DNA from: a virus
Taxonomy: Duplodnaviria; Heunggongvirae; Uroviricota; Caudoviricetes
Reading direction: 5' to 3' (one strand)
Virus record (IMG/VR): IMGVR_UViG_2579778694_000005
Length of the DNA: 64,000 nt
A program made the position numbers and the translations under genes. Position 1 is the stretch's first letter; each line of letters begins with the position of its first letter. A model generated the notes under the pieces. It made no database searches and was not told where the DNA came from. It saw nothing but the letters and a program-made list of their open reading frames with translations. Positions 9,470-18,478 of this stretch are shown here, piece after piece.

Positions 9470-10345
9470 TCAAATTTTTACGTTGGTCAGCGCGGCGATA
9501 GCCTTGTCGTGCTTGTTCGCCAGAGAGCAGTACCACTTAACGCGGGTACGGGTTGCGTCTTTGTTCTGAACAGTACCGATGTTCTCAACAACGATACCGG
9601 CGTTTTCACCGCCATACAGACCAGTCACACCGTTCTCTTCGGACAGGTGCAGGCAGTAGATGCTTGCTTTGCCAGAATCAGTCGGGATGAAGTCGTTCAC
9701 AATGAACGGTACACCGTTGTGGCACAGCATCGGACGACCGAAGTTTTCCATCATGATTTCGGACGGGCCGAGGCTAACGGTACGCAGCAGAGCGCGATAA
9801 GCACGCAGGTGCTCGGAACGCATCATAATGCAGTCTGCGCCCAGATCTTTCACCGCGTCGACCAGCTCGTCGAACATGGAGAAGGTCATGGAAGCGCCTT
9901 CGATGTCGATCTTCTGATCGTCGTGCATCAGCTTCGGAATACCGTCGAACGCTTTGTTGTTGGTGCTGGAGTCGCCCAGAATCAGGTTGCGGCGGAATGC
10001 GCGAGCCAGACCTTTCACCTTCTGACGAACCTGGATTGCCAGCTGGTTGTTGGTGTCGGACATAGTGGTCGCCAGGAATTTGTCGACGTCTACGTCGCCT
10101 GCCAGGATACGCAGCTTCGCAACGTGTTCGGTGAAGGTTGCAGCGCCTTCGGTGATGGTGTCGTTCACATCGATGAAGGTTGCTTCGCTCAGGGTAGCTT
10201 CGCGGTTGTAGAGGTATGCCTTAGAATTAATCTTCATGAAAGGCAGAACAGCGAACAGGTCATCGCGATCGATGATGGTCTCGATCACACCCTGCTCAAG
10301 TTCGTTGTTAGACAGCTTTTCAGCTTCATCACGCAGTAATGGCAT
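9470..10345 (-). CDS. major capsid protein (HK97-fold)
   Basis: 291 aa. Follows scaffold and portal. Composition and length typical of HK97-like MCPs. Strong RBS AAGGAG-like. Followed by a terminator. Confidence 0.7.
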   Translation of the reverse strand: MPLLRDEAEKLSNNELEQGVIETIIDRDDLFAVLPFMKINSKAYLYNREATLSEATFIDVNDTITEGAATFTEHVAKLRILAGDVDVDKFLATTMSDTNNQLAIQVRQKVKGLARAFRRNLILGDSSTNNKAFDGIPKLMHDDQKIDIEGASMTFSMFDELVDAVKDLGADCIMMRSEHLRAYRALLRTVSLGPSEIMMENFGRPMLCHNGVPFIVNDFIPTDSGKASIYCLHLSEENGVTGLYGGENAGIVVENIGTVQNKDATRTRVKWYCSLANKHDKAIAALTNVKI

Positions 10346-10371
10346 CTTTCATTTCCCTATGATTTAAGATG

Positions 10372-11268
10372 TTACTTGAGTCCGATTTTCCCCAGGCCGG
10401 AGGTCAACTTATCCATAGTCGACTTGCTCTTCGGCTGGTTTACTTTGTGGGTCGGTTTGCTATTGGAACCAGCACCCTGCTTGGCTTCGCTGCGCAACAG
10501 TGCGTCAGCTTCCGGATCTGCACGCAGAATGCGCTCAATCGCGGATTCGAACGGTAACGGTTTGCCTTCACCGTCAACCAGAACTGCACGTTCTTTCTGA
10601 CCGGCTGGCTTATCAAAGCCCACAACACTACCGTCTTCACCCACTTCGAAATGAGAGCCGTAGATAACGCGAGCCTTAGCCGGAGTCATCAGAACTTTGT
10701 CACGCAGGAAGGCAGAGCCGCTGAAGGAAGCGCCAACAGTCATTTCGACCAGTTGAGCCTTCAGTGCGGCGTTCTCGCTCTCCAGAGTGGAGTAGCGTTC
10801 GTCGCGCTGTGCCAGTTCAGCCTGGTGCGCTTCGATCATCTGCTTTTTCACAGCATCGAACTCACCACGGCGTTCCAGTTCAGCCTGCTCCGCCTCCCGA
10901 CGTGCGGTTTCTGCGGCTTGTTCAGCTTCGAGAAGCTGGCGAGCACGTGCCGGGTCAATATCACCGTACTGAGCCAGCTGATCGGCCAATGTGCGCTCTT
11001 TCTCCTTGCGCTTCATGTTCTCTTTCAGCAGGTCAGCACCGGCTTTCTTGGACTTACGCAGTTCTGCCAGCAACTCTTCCTGAGTCATACCGGCATACTC
11101 GTCGTCGTCACCCTTCGGTTGCTCTTTTTGCTCGCCCTGTTTGCCTGGGTCTTGATTGCCCTGCTCATTGTCTCCAGCAGGAGCACCGCCACCAGCGCCT
11201 CCGCGCTCATGCGCTTCAGCTACATCCATCAGGCCACGACGGGCCATAAGCATTTGCCACAGATTCAT
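10372..11268 (-). CDS. scaffolding protein
   Basis: 298 aa, highly charged coiled-coil (EAEQAAETARREAEQAELERR...), between the portal and capsid genes. Confidence 0.6.
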   Translation of the reverse strand: MNLWQMLMARRGLMDVAEAHERGGAGGGAPAGDNEQGNQDPGKQGEQKEQPKGDDDEYAGMTQEELLAELRKSKKAGADLLKENMKRKEKERTLADQLAQYGDIDPARARQLLEAEQAAETARREAEQAELERRGEFDAVKKQMIEAHQAELAQRDERYSTLESENAALKAQLVEMTVGASFSGSAFLRDKVLMTPAKARVIYGSHFEVGEDGSVVGFDKPAGQKERAVLVDGEGKPLPFESAIERILRADPEADALLRSEAKQGAGSNSKPTHKVNQPKSKSTMDKLTSGLGKIGLK

Positions 11269-11283
11269 AGAAATTCCTTTTCG

Positions 11284-12864
11284 TTACTTATCACTCGGTC
11301 TCTTGAGTAGATGAGTCCCCATTCCTCGGGGTTGATCTTGCCCGCTTTCTTGGGCTGCATCTTGATCATAAGTAAGTACTGACTTATTTTCAAGGGTGTT
11401 AAGATCATTTTTTGGAGGAAATTTCAAGAGATCTTTTTGAAATTCCTTTTGCATCGCCTCGGAAATGTTCGGGAAGACCTTCTCGATGAGCATTTCCATC
11501 TGATGACGACGAACAGAATCAGGCGCCTGAAGCAGCGACAGTTTCTCGGCAACGGCAAACTCGTCAGTCAGACCGCGAATGTCGAAACTTTCCGGGTATG
11601 CGATCAGAGAGTGGTCTTCATCCAGTTCGACACCCATCCATTTCGCTGCCAGCTGCATCATCTGGCGCTCTGCCCTTTCGAGGCGCTCTGCTTTTGTCAC
11701 CAGCAGACTGTTAACGCGCTGGAAGTCGTACATCTTCGCTGCGCCCGAAGAGTTATCGATGCCCTGCGCGTTATCCTGCTTGGTTCGCTCACCTGCCACA
11801 CCAACGGAATGGTAGATCTCGTTAATCACCGTCTTAATCGTGGTGATGATCATCTGAGCCTGTTTCGGGTCTGGAGACAGGTAGAATGGCTGATTACCGC
11901 TCTCAGAGTCGAAGGTGAAGACGCGTTTTGTCCCCATTTCGAGCACTTTGGTGTGGTTTTCATCGCCCGGCAGCAGTGACTGAACCGGGATCGCCAGCTG
12001 GCTGAATGTCTGATCCTGAATAATCGCGTCAAGGTTCGACAGGTAGTTGGCCACGGCGCGGTCAAGATAGGCGATATCGTCAATCAACGACGGGCTGAAA
12101 TACGGAGACTCGCTTTCGCCAATGCAGTCCACCGGAAACACCGGCACCACGCCCAGATTGTGCTGGCCGCTATCCTCCAGAACGACTTTGGCCTGACGAC
12201 GACCGCTATTTCCGGAACCTTTCTTCACTTCTTCACGGAACAGATACCACTCGTTTTGCGTCCACAGACGGTAACGCTGGTATTCCTGCCCGGTTGACGT
12301 GAACGGATCTTCGTCGTCGCGCGCGATTTCAACAATCAGCGCCCACAACATATTGCCGTCTTCGTCCCAGGCAACATCAAGCAGCTGCTGCGGCGAAATC
12401 CAGTAAGCGTAGGCACGCGCATCATTTTTCTTCTCGTCTGCAACAGACTCAACATCGACGTTCATGGTGCTGTCCACGACAACCCAGATACGGCCATAAA
12501 TGGATGATTGCAGATCGATAGCCGCCATAAACGCATCGATGGAGGTGTTCTGGCGCGTGGCTCGCTTCCAGAAATTGCGGATCTGCTCCGGCGCTTCATC
12601 AGTGTTGCGGTGAATGACCTCTTTGAAGAGGTATTTGTTGATGAGGTTTACCACTTCACGAGTGTGGTTGAAGCGATAAGCGCGTTCCAGGCGCTCTTTG
12701 AACTCCTGATCGCCCTCTTTGAAGTAACGGAAGATATTGTCGTTGAACCAGGCACGCCCGCCAGCGTAGGTGCTGGCGAGGAAGTCCCAATGTTCTTTTT
12801 TCTTCTCATATTCAGGGTGGCGTCGTGCCACAAGGTCTTTGATTTGCTTGTCAGTCAATTCCAT
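11284..12864 (-). CDS. portal protein
   Basis: 526 aa, directly downstream of the terminase large subunit. Size and position canonical. Confidence 0.75.
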   Translation of the reverse strand: MELTDKQIKDLVARRHPEYEKKKEHWDFLASTYAGGRAWFNDNIFRYFKEGDQEFKERLERAYRFNHTREVVNLINKYLFKEVIHRNTDEAPEQIRNFWKRATRQNTSIDAFMAAIDLQSSIYGRIWVVVDSTMNVDVESVADEKKNDARAYAYWISPQQLLDVAWDEDGNMLWALIVEIARDDEDPFTSTGQEYQRYRLWTQNEWYLFREEVKKGSGNSGRRQAKVVLEDSGQHNLGVVPVFPVDCIGESESPYFSPSLIDDIAYLDRAVANYLSNLDAIIQDQTFSQLAIPVQSLLPGDENHTKVLEMGTKRVFTFDSESGNQPFYLSPDPKQAQMIITTIKTVINEIYHSVGVAGERTKQDNAQGIDNSSGAAKMYDFQRVNSLLVTKAERLERAERQMMQLAAKWMGVELDEDHSLIAYPESFDIRGLTDEFAVAEKLSLLQAPDSVRRHQMEMLIEKVFPNISEAMQKEFQKDLLKFPPKNDLNTLENKSVLTYDQDAAQESGQDQPRGMGTHLLKRPSDK

Positions 12865-12897
12865 TTGCTTTTCCTTTCCTTTTAGGTAAGTGCTTAC

Positions 12898-14154
12898 CTA
12901 TCTAGATCCACCAAGAATAACACGATTTTTCACCGGATACCTACGATGAACCGGATAACCCAACGCATCCGCACTGTGTTCGATGCCGCCAGTCTTATCC
13001 ATATCGCGTGAGCCTGGCTTGTAGATCACCTTCTCCAGCGAGTCGATGAGGTGTTTGCACTTCGGATCGATGTACAACCGGGTTTCGCCCGAGGCACTCA
13101 TCAACATGCGATTCACTGCGTTAACACGGTCTGCGATCGGCGGGTGCTTCTTCGGATAATCGACTCGAAGGAAACCTTTTTCCTTGAAGATATCGACGTC
13201 CGATTCACCGCGTGCGTGCTGGCGATACGCACCTGCCGGGTCAGGGAAGATAGTGACCTGAGACTTCCAGCGCCAGAAACGACGCTCCAGCTCATCACAC
13301 ACTTCAGCCGTGTTGGATGAGAACAGCACAACCTCGTCCACGGCCCACAGCTCACCATTTGGCTGCGGCTGCAGGATGACCGATGACATAGGGTCGATGT
13401 TGAAGTCCTGACCAACCCAGATCGGCAGTTTCGGATTGAACTGGAGTGGCTTCACATGCACATTGCGGTCGAACGGGTAGTAAACGCGTCCGGACATGTT
13501 TTCGAAGCTGGCCAGGTATTCCTGCGCGAACGATTTAGGGTCCATATCGTTCTTCGCCGCTTCGATTTCCGCGCTCGGTACGAACGGAGAATCGGCCGTA
13601 ACGAACTGCCAGCTCTTCCACTGCCCTTTGCGTTGCAAATCTTTGTTCTGACCGATAGTCCACAGCTTGTGGAACTCGGAGAAGCCTTTTGGCGTACCGA
13701 TGATCAGCGCACCGCCACGGGTAGAGGACAGTGTCGGACGCAGTACCTTGTACCAGGTGTCAGGCTTCATATCCTGAAATTCATCGAGCACCACGAAGTG
13801 CAGTGCCACACCACGAAGCGTATCGGGCTTATCCGCACCTTTCAGCGCGATTTCAGAGCCGTTCTTCAGCACGATGGTCATCGTGGTGTCGTTTTTCTTA
13901 CGAACCCATTTACGAGGCAGAACTTCCTGCAGGTCATCCCACAAGATCTGGCGAGCCATCTGGTAAGTCGGTGCGACGTACCAGACACGTTGCTTTTTCT
14001 CTTTGGCTGCCGCGCGGATGATGGTGGAGATCGACAACCGGGATTTACCCCAGCGTCGACCCGCACACACCACTTTGAAACGATGTGGCGACTGGAAGAC
14101 TTGCATCTGCCCAGAATGCAGCTGTACGAGACTCAGAGACGACGGGATGGCCAT
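12898..14154 (-). CDS. terminase large subunit
   Basis: 418 aa. N-terminal ATPase Walker A (CAGRRWGKS), Walker B (VVLDEF), C-terminal nuclease-like region. Follows the small subunit. Confidence 0.85.
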   Translation of the reverse strand: MAIPSSLSLVQLHSGQMQVFQSPHRFKVVCAGRRWGKSRLSISTIIRAAAKEKKQRVWYVAPTYQMARQILWDDLQEVLPRKWVRKKNDTTMTIVLKNGSEIALKGADKPDTLRGVALHFVVLDEFQDMKPDTWYKVLRPTLSSTRGGALIIGTPKGFSEFHKLWTIGQNKDLQRKGQWKSWQFVTADSPFVPSAEIEAAKNDMDPKSFAQEYLASFENMSGRVYYPFDRNVHVKPLQFNPKLPIWVGQDFNIDPMSSVILQPQPNGELWAVDEVVLFSSNTAEVCDELERRFWRWKSQVTIFPDPAGAYRQHARGESDVDIFKEKGFLRVDYPKKHPPIADRVNAVNRMLMSASGETRLYIDPKCKHLIDSLEKVIYKPGSRDMDKTGGIEHSADALGYPVHRRYPVKNRVILGGSR

Positions 14155-14156
14155 AG

Positions 14157-14798
14157 TTAGACGCTCCCATCACTTTCATCACCAGACGCGTCAGAATCGC
14201 CCTCTGCTTCGCTCAGTGCTTCCTCTTCGAGTGACTCAAGCAGATCGTCATCAATCAGATCCGGCTCATCATCTTCCTTACGCAGCTGCGCCACCTGGGA
14301 AGGCGTAAGTTCGCCAAATACCAGGTTCGGGATTTCGTCTTCTTCGTTCTCAGCGCGATCCATACCGAGCGCTTTCGAGGATATTTCGAAGCACTTAGCG
14401 AGTGTGCCGCTGGCACGCTGGAGACTCTTCAGGTCATCTTCGATGGTTGCGAGTGGCTTGCCGTCCTTCTTGGCTGTGGCCACCTCATGCATCACCATCC
14501 GACCGAGTGCGAATGCCCAATCGTCGTAACGAGTCCGGCGCTCTTCGATTTTCTCTGCACGCGCCTTCGCACGCAGCTCTGCGTCGGATTTGAGCGACTC
14601 GCGCACCATCTTCCCAACGGAGTCCGCGCCTTTCTCTAATCCACGCTTTTTGAAATGTCTGGAGAGCGTTTCACGACGAATGCCGTACTCTTCCTCCAGC
14701 TTGGAGAGTGTGTATTCGCCGGAAGTCCACTTTGCTTCGGCTTCTGCCCACTCAGCTGGCGTCAGGCGAGTTTTGCTCTCGTCTTTTTCTACAGTCAT
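14157..14798 (-). CDS. terminase small subunit
   Basis: 213 aa. N-terminal HTH-like segment (YGIRRETLSRHFKKRG), acidic C-terminal tail. ATGA overlap with TerL. Confidence 0.6.
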   Translation of the reverse strand: MTVEKDESKTRLTPAEWAEAEAKWTSGEYTLSKLEEEYGIRRETLSRHFKKRGLEKGADSVGKMVRESLKSDAELRAKARAEKIEERRTRYDDWAFALGRMVMHEVATAKKDGKPLATIEDDLKSLQRASGTLAKCFEISSKALGMDRAENEEDEIPNLVFGELTPSQVAQLRKEDDEPDLIDDDLLESLEEEALSEAEGDSDASGDESDGSV

Positions 14799-14837
14799 AG
14801 ATCCCTCTAAAACACTCAGAGCGCATCCTTGCGCTCC

Positions 14838-14893
14838 TAAACAACTTGTTTAATTCTGTGCCTAACCAATTTGTTTTCTGGGTGTTTAAAACC
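14838..14893 (-). promoter_or_regulatory. motif-A promoter/operator element upstream of terminase operon
   Basis: AAACAACTTGTTT...CAATTTGTTTTCTGGGTGT is a copy of the conserved TTGTTTTCTTGTTGGTGTAATTATCGC family (see findings). Confidence 0.4.
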
Positions 14894-14993
14894 GGGCTGG
14901 GGAGTATTCAGAACCTGCTTCCGTATATATTTAATAAGTCACTTAGTATTTATATATACGGAAGCAGGCTCTCAAACTGGCTCCCAGACCGAC

Positions 14994-15260
14994 TTACATC
15001 ACCAGTAATTTGGCTCTGGCACGACCTAAAGTGGTCAGTCCCAGCGTGCGACGGTGGTAGCCGGAATCACCGCGCTGGCGGCACATTCCTTTCTCCACCA
15101 GCCCCTTTTTCACCAGTGCGCGGATAGAGAACTGCATACTCTGTTTGGTCGTTTTGTACGGCAGCACTTCAAGCAGCTCGTCCAGATCGAGCAGATACCC
15201 ACGCTCATGGCCTAAATTGATGGTTTTGATGATGTCTTTTTGTTTGTCGGTCAACGTCAT
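14994..15260 (-). CDS. hypothetical small basic protein (possible DNA-binding)
   Basis: 88-aa ORF with lysine/arginine-rich helices. Confidence 0.4.
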   Translation of the reverse strand: MTLTDKQKDIIKTINLGHERGYLLDLDELLEVLPYKTTKQSMQFSIRALVKKGLVEKGMCRQRGDSGYHRRTLGLTTLGRARAKLLVM

Positions 15261-15269
15261 GGCAAATCC

Positions 15270-16169
15270 TTATGCCGGTAATGCAATTTCAAGAGGTTTA
15301 TTCAAAGGCTGTTTGTCGAATGCCAGCAGTGGCAGCGTGTCCGGCAGCTGACGACCAAAGTCCGGGTTTCGGTACACGCCATACAGCGGAGACGTGAAGC
15401 TCAGGTTGTGAATGTCCTTGAGCAGCTTCACGATGCTGGCCTCGTCCACCAGACTGTCGGCAATGTCCTGAATCGTCGTGCCACGATTACGCCCGGCTTT
15501 GGCCAGGGAACTGTTCTTGTGGTAGTCAGCGACCAGATCACGCAGCGCACGACGACGGCGAGACTCGCTCATGGCGAACAGCTCTTTGACGATCGCTTCG
15601 TTGTCGCCAGGGTCGGAACGGAAATGACGCTGGAAGACGCGCAACGCACTCTCATAGCTCTTCGGACGCTCCGGACGGATGAACTGGAACCCTGCTTTCA
15701 TGGCGAACGGGTTGTATTTGCTCATCGACGACTGGATCTCGATGATTGGCCGGTCGTGCATCCTGCTAACCAGGTTAATCATTCGATAGGAGACGCCGAC
15801 GCCGCGGTACTGAGTGTCCACAACGGAACGGCTGATCACCGCAAAGTTGTTGTTCACGTACCGCCCCCAATACTGGTTGGCCACGGTGGTATTGGTGGTT
15901 GGCTTCAGCTTAGGAAACATGCGATGGCGAGGCGCCAGCAGCAGTTTCGGGTAAGCCATAACCACGACGCCCACCAGCCGGTCGTCCAGTTCGCAGCGAT
16001 AATACGTTGGCGCGAACGGCTTACCATCCGTCTTGTAGTGCAGCGACTTCAGCGCGTGCCAGTCTTCAACCGTGCCTTTGGTAACGGTCATACGCTCCAG
16101 AAAGTCCAGATGACGCGGGAACTCTTCCGGGCGGTAGCGTTTGATGATGATGTCTGTCATGTCGATCAC
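15270..16169 (-). CDS. hypothetical protein (299 aa) of ATPase/ParB cluster
   Basis: ORF with 4-bp overlap to the downstream gene. No motif recognised. Confidence 0.5.
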   Translation of the reverse strand: MIDMTDIIIKRYRPEEFPRHLDFLERMTVTKGTVEDWHALKSLHYKTDGKPFAPTYYRCELDDRLVGVVVMAYPKLLLAPRHRMFPKLKPTTNTTVANQYWGRYVNNNFAVISRSVVDTQYRGVGVSYRMINLVSRMHDRPIIEIQSSMSKYNPFAMKAGFQFIRPERPKSYESALRVFQRHFRSDPGDNEAIVKELFAMSESRRRRALRDLVADYHKNSSLAKAGRNRGTTIQDIADSLVDEASIVKLLKDIHNLSFTSPLYGVYRNPDFGRQLPDTLPLLAFDKQPLNKPLEIALPA

Positions 16170-16420
16170 CTGCGCTCGATATTGGCATTGATGAAGTCCA
16201 GGCGAAGCGATTCCATCGCCCCAACCATGACGTATGGACGCCCACCGTTATGCCAGCAATCCAGAACACTGCCGTCGTTGTTGATCATCAGCAGCGCCAG
16301 GCTCTGGCTTTTGCCTTCTCTGGCGTACTGGAGTGCTTCTTCCAGCAGGCGGATGACTTCAACGTTGTTGTTGTCAGCCTCTTTCGATGGCTTCAGCTCT
16401 ACGATCTTCAAATCAGGCAT
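16166..16420 (-). CDS. hypothetical protein (84 aa)
   Basis: Overlapping stop/start with both neighbours, operon-embedded. Confidence 0.45.
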   Translation of the reverse strand: MPDLKIVELKPSKEADNNNVEVIRLLEEALQYAREGKSQSLALLMINNDGSVLDCWHNGGRPYVMVGAMESLRLDFINANIERR

Positions 16421-17051
16421 ATTCCACCTTCACGCGTTCTTTGTAGTGCTTGGTGATCTGCATATCCGGGCGCAGCGCGTTCTTCAGGTCTTCGTGGGTC
16501 GTCGCCACCATTACCGTCGCACCAACCTTACGGGCGGCACGCTGGAGGTTCGACGCCACAACCTGAGCGGTTACACGGTCGAGAACAGCGCCAAATTCGT
16601 CGGCCGCCCAGACTTTCGCGCCGGACTCGATCAGCTTGGCGATCTTGAGACGGTATTTCTGGCCGTCAGACATCTCGGATGGCTTGCGCACAAAGAGATA
16701 GGCGTCATTCAATCCGGCCATAGACAGCAGCCCCAGCGCTTCGCTGGTGGTATTGCCCAGCTGGTCGATGACGTTAACCTCATTGTCGAAGGTAAAGTCA
16801 TCGATGGAGGCTACAGAAAGCCCTTCATCCTTCATCTGGCGTTGCAGCTCGCGCAGCACAACGGATTTACCGGAACCGGATTGGCCGGTGATGTACACCA
16901 CATCGCCCTGCTTCACTTCCAGCTCCAGATTGTCGTAAAGCGTCCACTCTTTTTCGTCCAGGCCAAGACCGAACGATTCGGCAATCTCCAGCGTGCGCGT
17001 GGTTTTGTTCACGCGGGTCTGAAACGATACGTTGATGGTGTATTTGCTCAT
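16413..17051 (-). CDS. small ABC-type ATPase (soluble, no TM partner)
   Basis: Walker A GQSGSGKS, ABC signature-like MSDGQKYRL, Walker B VWAADEF, H-loop-like ATTHE. Confidence 0.7.
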   Translation of the reverse strand: MSKYTINVSFQTRVNKTTRTLEIAESFGLGLDEKEWTLYDNLELEVKQGDVVYITGQSGSGKSVVLRELQRQMKDEGLSVASIDDFTFDNEVNVIDQLGNTTSEALGLLSMAGLNDAYLFVRKPSEMSDGQKYRLKIAKLIESGAKVWAADEFGAVLDRVTAQVVASNLQRAARKVGATVMVATTHEDLKNALRPDMQITKHYKERVKVEYA

Positions 17052-17749
17052 GCAGCCAGCTCCCCAGAAGAAACTTTCTCCGCATACGCCACGAAAGCGT
17101 CTACCCCGCTCTCTCCCGTGATTTCTTCCATGTGGGCAAGCAAATCCCCAACCACAATGGCAGAGCCTGCCGGGAGCGTTTTAAAGCCCAATACGTCGAT
17201 GACGCGGACTTCTTCAGCGGCCACTTCGCGACTGATCTCGGTGTGCTCTTCTTTCTGACGTTCCGTCTCTTCGCCCAGATCGAGCACCAGAGAGCCGGTT
17301 TCCATCTCTTCGGTCATGCTACCGACAAGCACGTTCAGCTCGCGCTCTTCAAAACCGAAGACCTCGACCTCTCCCAGCACCAGGGATTCCAGTTCCTGCT
17401 GCAATTTGATGGCGTCGTAGTCAATACTGGCCAGGCGGTTGTCTTCCAGACGCTTCGCCTTCACTTCTTCTTCGCTCAGATCGTCGCGAACGATGACCGG
17501 CACACGCTCCAGACCAGCCAGAAGAGCCGCCTCGCGACGACCGTGGCCAGTAATGATGACGTCGTGCTTGTCGACCGTGATCGGCTGGTCAAAACCGCGC
17601 TTTTTGATGGCGGCCGCCAGGTCGCGGATCTGCTGTTCGTCATGTTTTTTGGCGTTCATCTCATACGGGATGAGTTCTGCCGGGTTTCGATAGACGATTT
17701 CAAAGTTTTTGGTCATTACATACGCTCCTTGTAGTAGTCGACCAGCCAC
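17048..17749 (-). CDS. ParB/Srx-like nuclease domain protein 1
   Basis: ParB N-terminal box motif ITGHGRREAALLAGLERVPV. Confidence 0.65.
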   Translation of the reverse strand: MAGRLLQGAYVMTKNFEIVYRNPAELIPYEMNAKKHDEQQIRDLAAAIKKRGFDQPITVDKHDVIITGHGRREAALLAGLERVPVIVRDDLSEEEVKAKRLEDNRLASIDYDAIKLQQELESLVLGEVEVFGFEERELNVLVGSMTEEMETGSLVLDLGEETERQKEEHTEISREVAAEEVRVIDVLGFKTLPAGSAIVVGDLLAHMEEITGESGVDAFVAYAEKVSSGELAA

Positions 17750-18414
17750 ACCAGGGCTTCCCCGGCGTTCTCCATTTCGTTACCGGTATTGATTCCCTGC
17801 TCTTTGATGATGGTTTTGATGGTGTCGGCGACGCGATCTGACGCATCAAACGTCACTTTGAAGCGCATCGTCTGGTGTTCAGCGCCGACTCGCTCGGTTT
17901 TATCGCGTTTGTCCTCATCGACCGGCTCGTCATCGCCACGGGAGAGCGCTTCCAGCGCTTCAAGATCGATAACGGACGCTTTGGCGAGTGTTGCCGCCAT
18001 TTCGTCGTCATATGGGGCGATATCGGACAACCGGTAGTCGATTTCAGACTGGATTTCTTCGATTAAGCGCTGCAAAGCGACCTGATCGTCTTCGCCGTAG
18101 CGCTCGTTATCGACGAGGGACATCTGTTTGGCCACCAGGTCGTTAATTTTGCCCACGGAGATGACGGGAACCGTTGAAATGCCCTGCTCCATCGCGGCAC
18201 GCCAGCGGTGTTCGCCACCGAGGATCTCAAAAACGCCCCCGTCCAGCTCCCGCGCCAGAATTGGCTTAAAAAAGCCCAATTTTTTGATAGAGCCTTTCAG
18301 TTTTTCGAAGTTTTGCGCCCCAACGGAGTTGGTATTCCAGGGATTCGGACGCAGGTTCGCGACTTCCACCTGCAGAATCGTAATTTTCACATCCATAATT
18401 CTGATACAATCCAT
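17716..18414 (-). CDS. ParB/Srx-like nuclease domain protein 2
   Basis: ParB box ILGGEHRWRAAMEQGISTVPV. First gene after the divergent promoter region. Confidence 0.65.
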   Translation of the reverse strand: MDCIRIMDVKITILQVEVANLRPNPWNTNSVGAQNFEKLKGSIKKLGFFKPILARELDGGVFEILGGEHRWRAAMEQGISTVPVISVGKINDLVAKQMSLVDNERYGEDDQVALQRLIEEIQSEIDYRLSDIAPYDDEMAATLAKASVIDLEALEALSRGDDEPVDEDKRDKTERVGAEHQTMRFKVTFDASDRVADTIKTIIKEQGINTGNEMENAGEALVWLVDYYKERM

Positions 18415-18478
18415 TGTATAAGTACTTACTTACTATAATAGCCAATTACCATACAAAAGGCACGAAGGAAAGAGGTTT
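18415..18478. promoter_or_regulatory. divergent promoter region with TAAGTACTTACTTAC palindrome and TATAAT (18434-18439)
   Basis: -10 TATAAT followed by RBS AAGGAAAGAGG and the ATG at 18479. Contains the recurrent GTAAGT/ACTTAC palindrome. Confidence 0.5.

Noticed and set aside
9509-10339. 276-aa plus-strand ORF antisense to the major capsid gene, and similar long antisense ORFs (5452-5706, 10651-11310, 13456-14160, 15408-17258, 42694-43731)
   Set aside because: Each is fully contained in a better-supported, operon-embedded gene on the opposite strand, with no RBS and biased composition typical of antisense frames.
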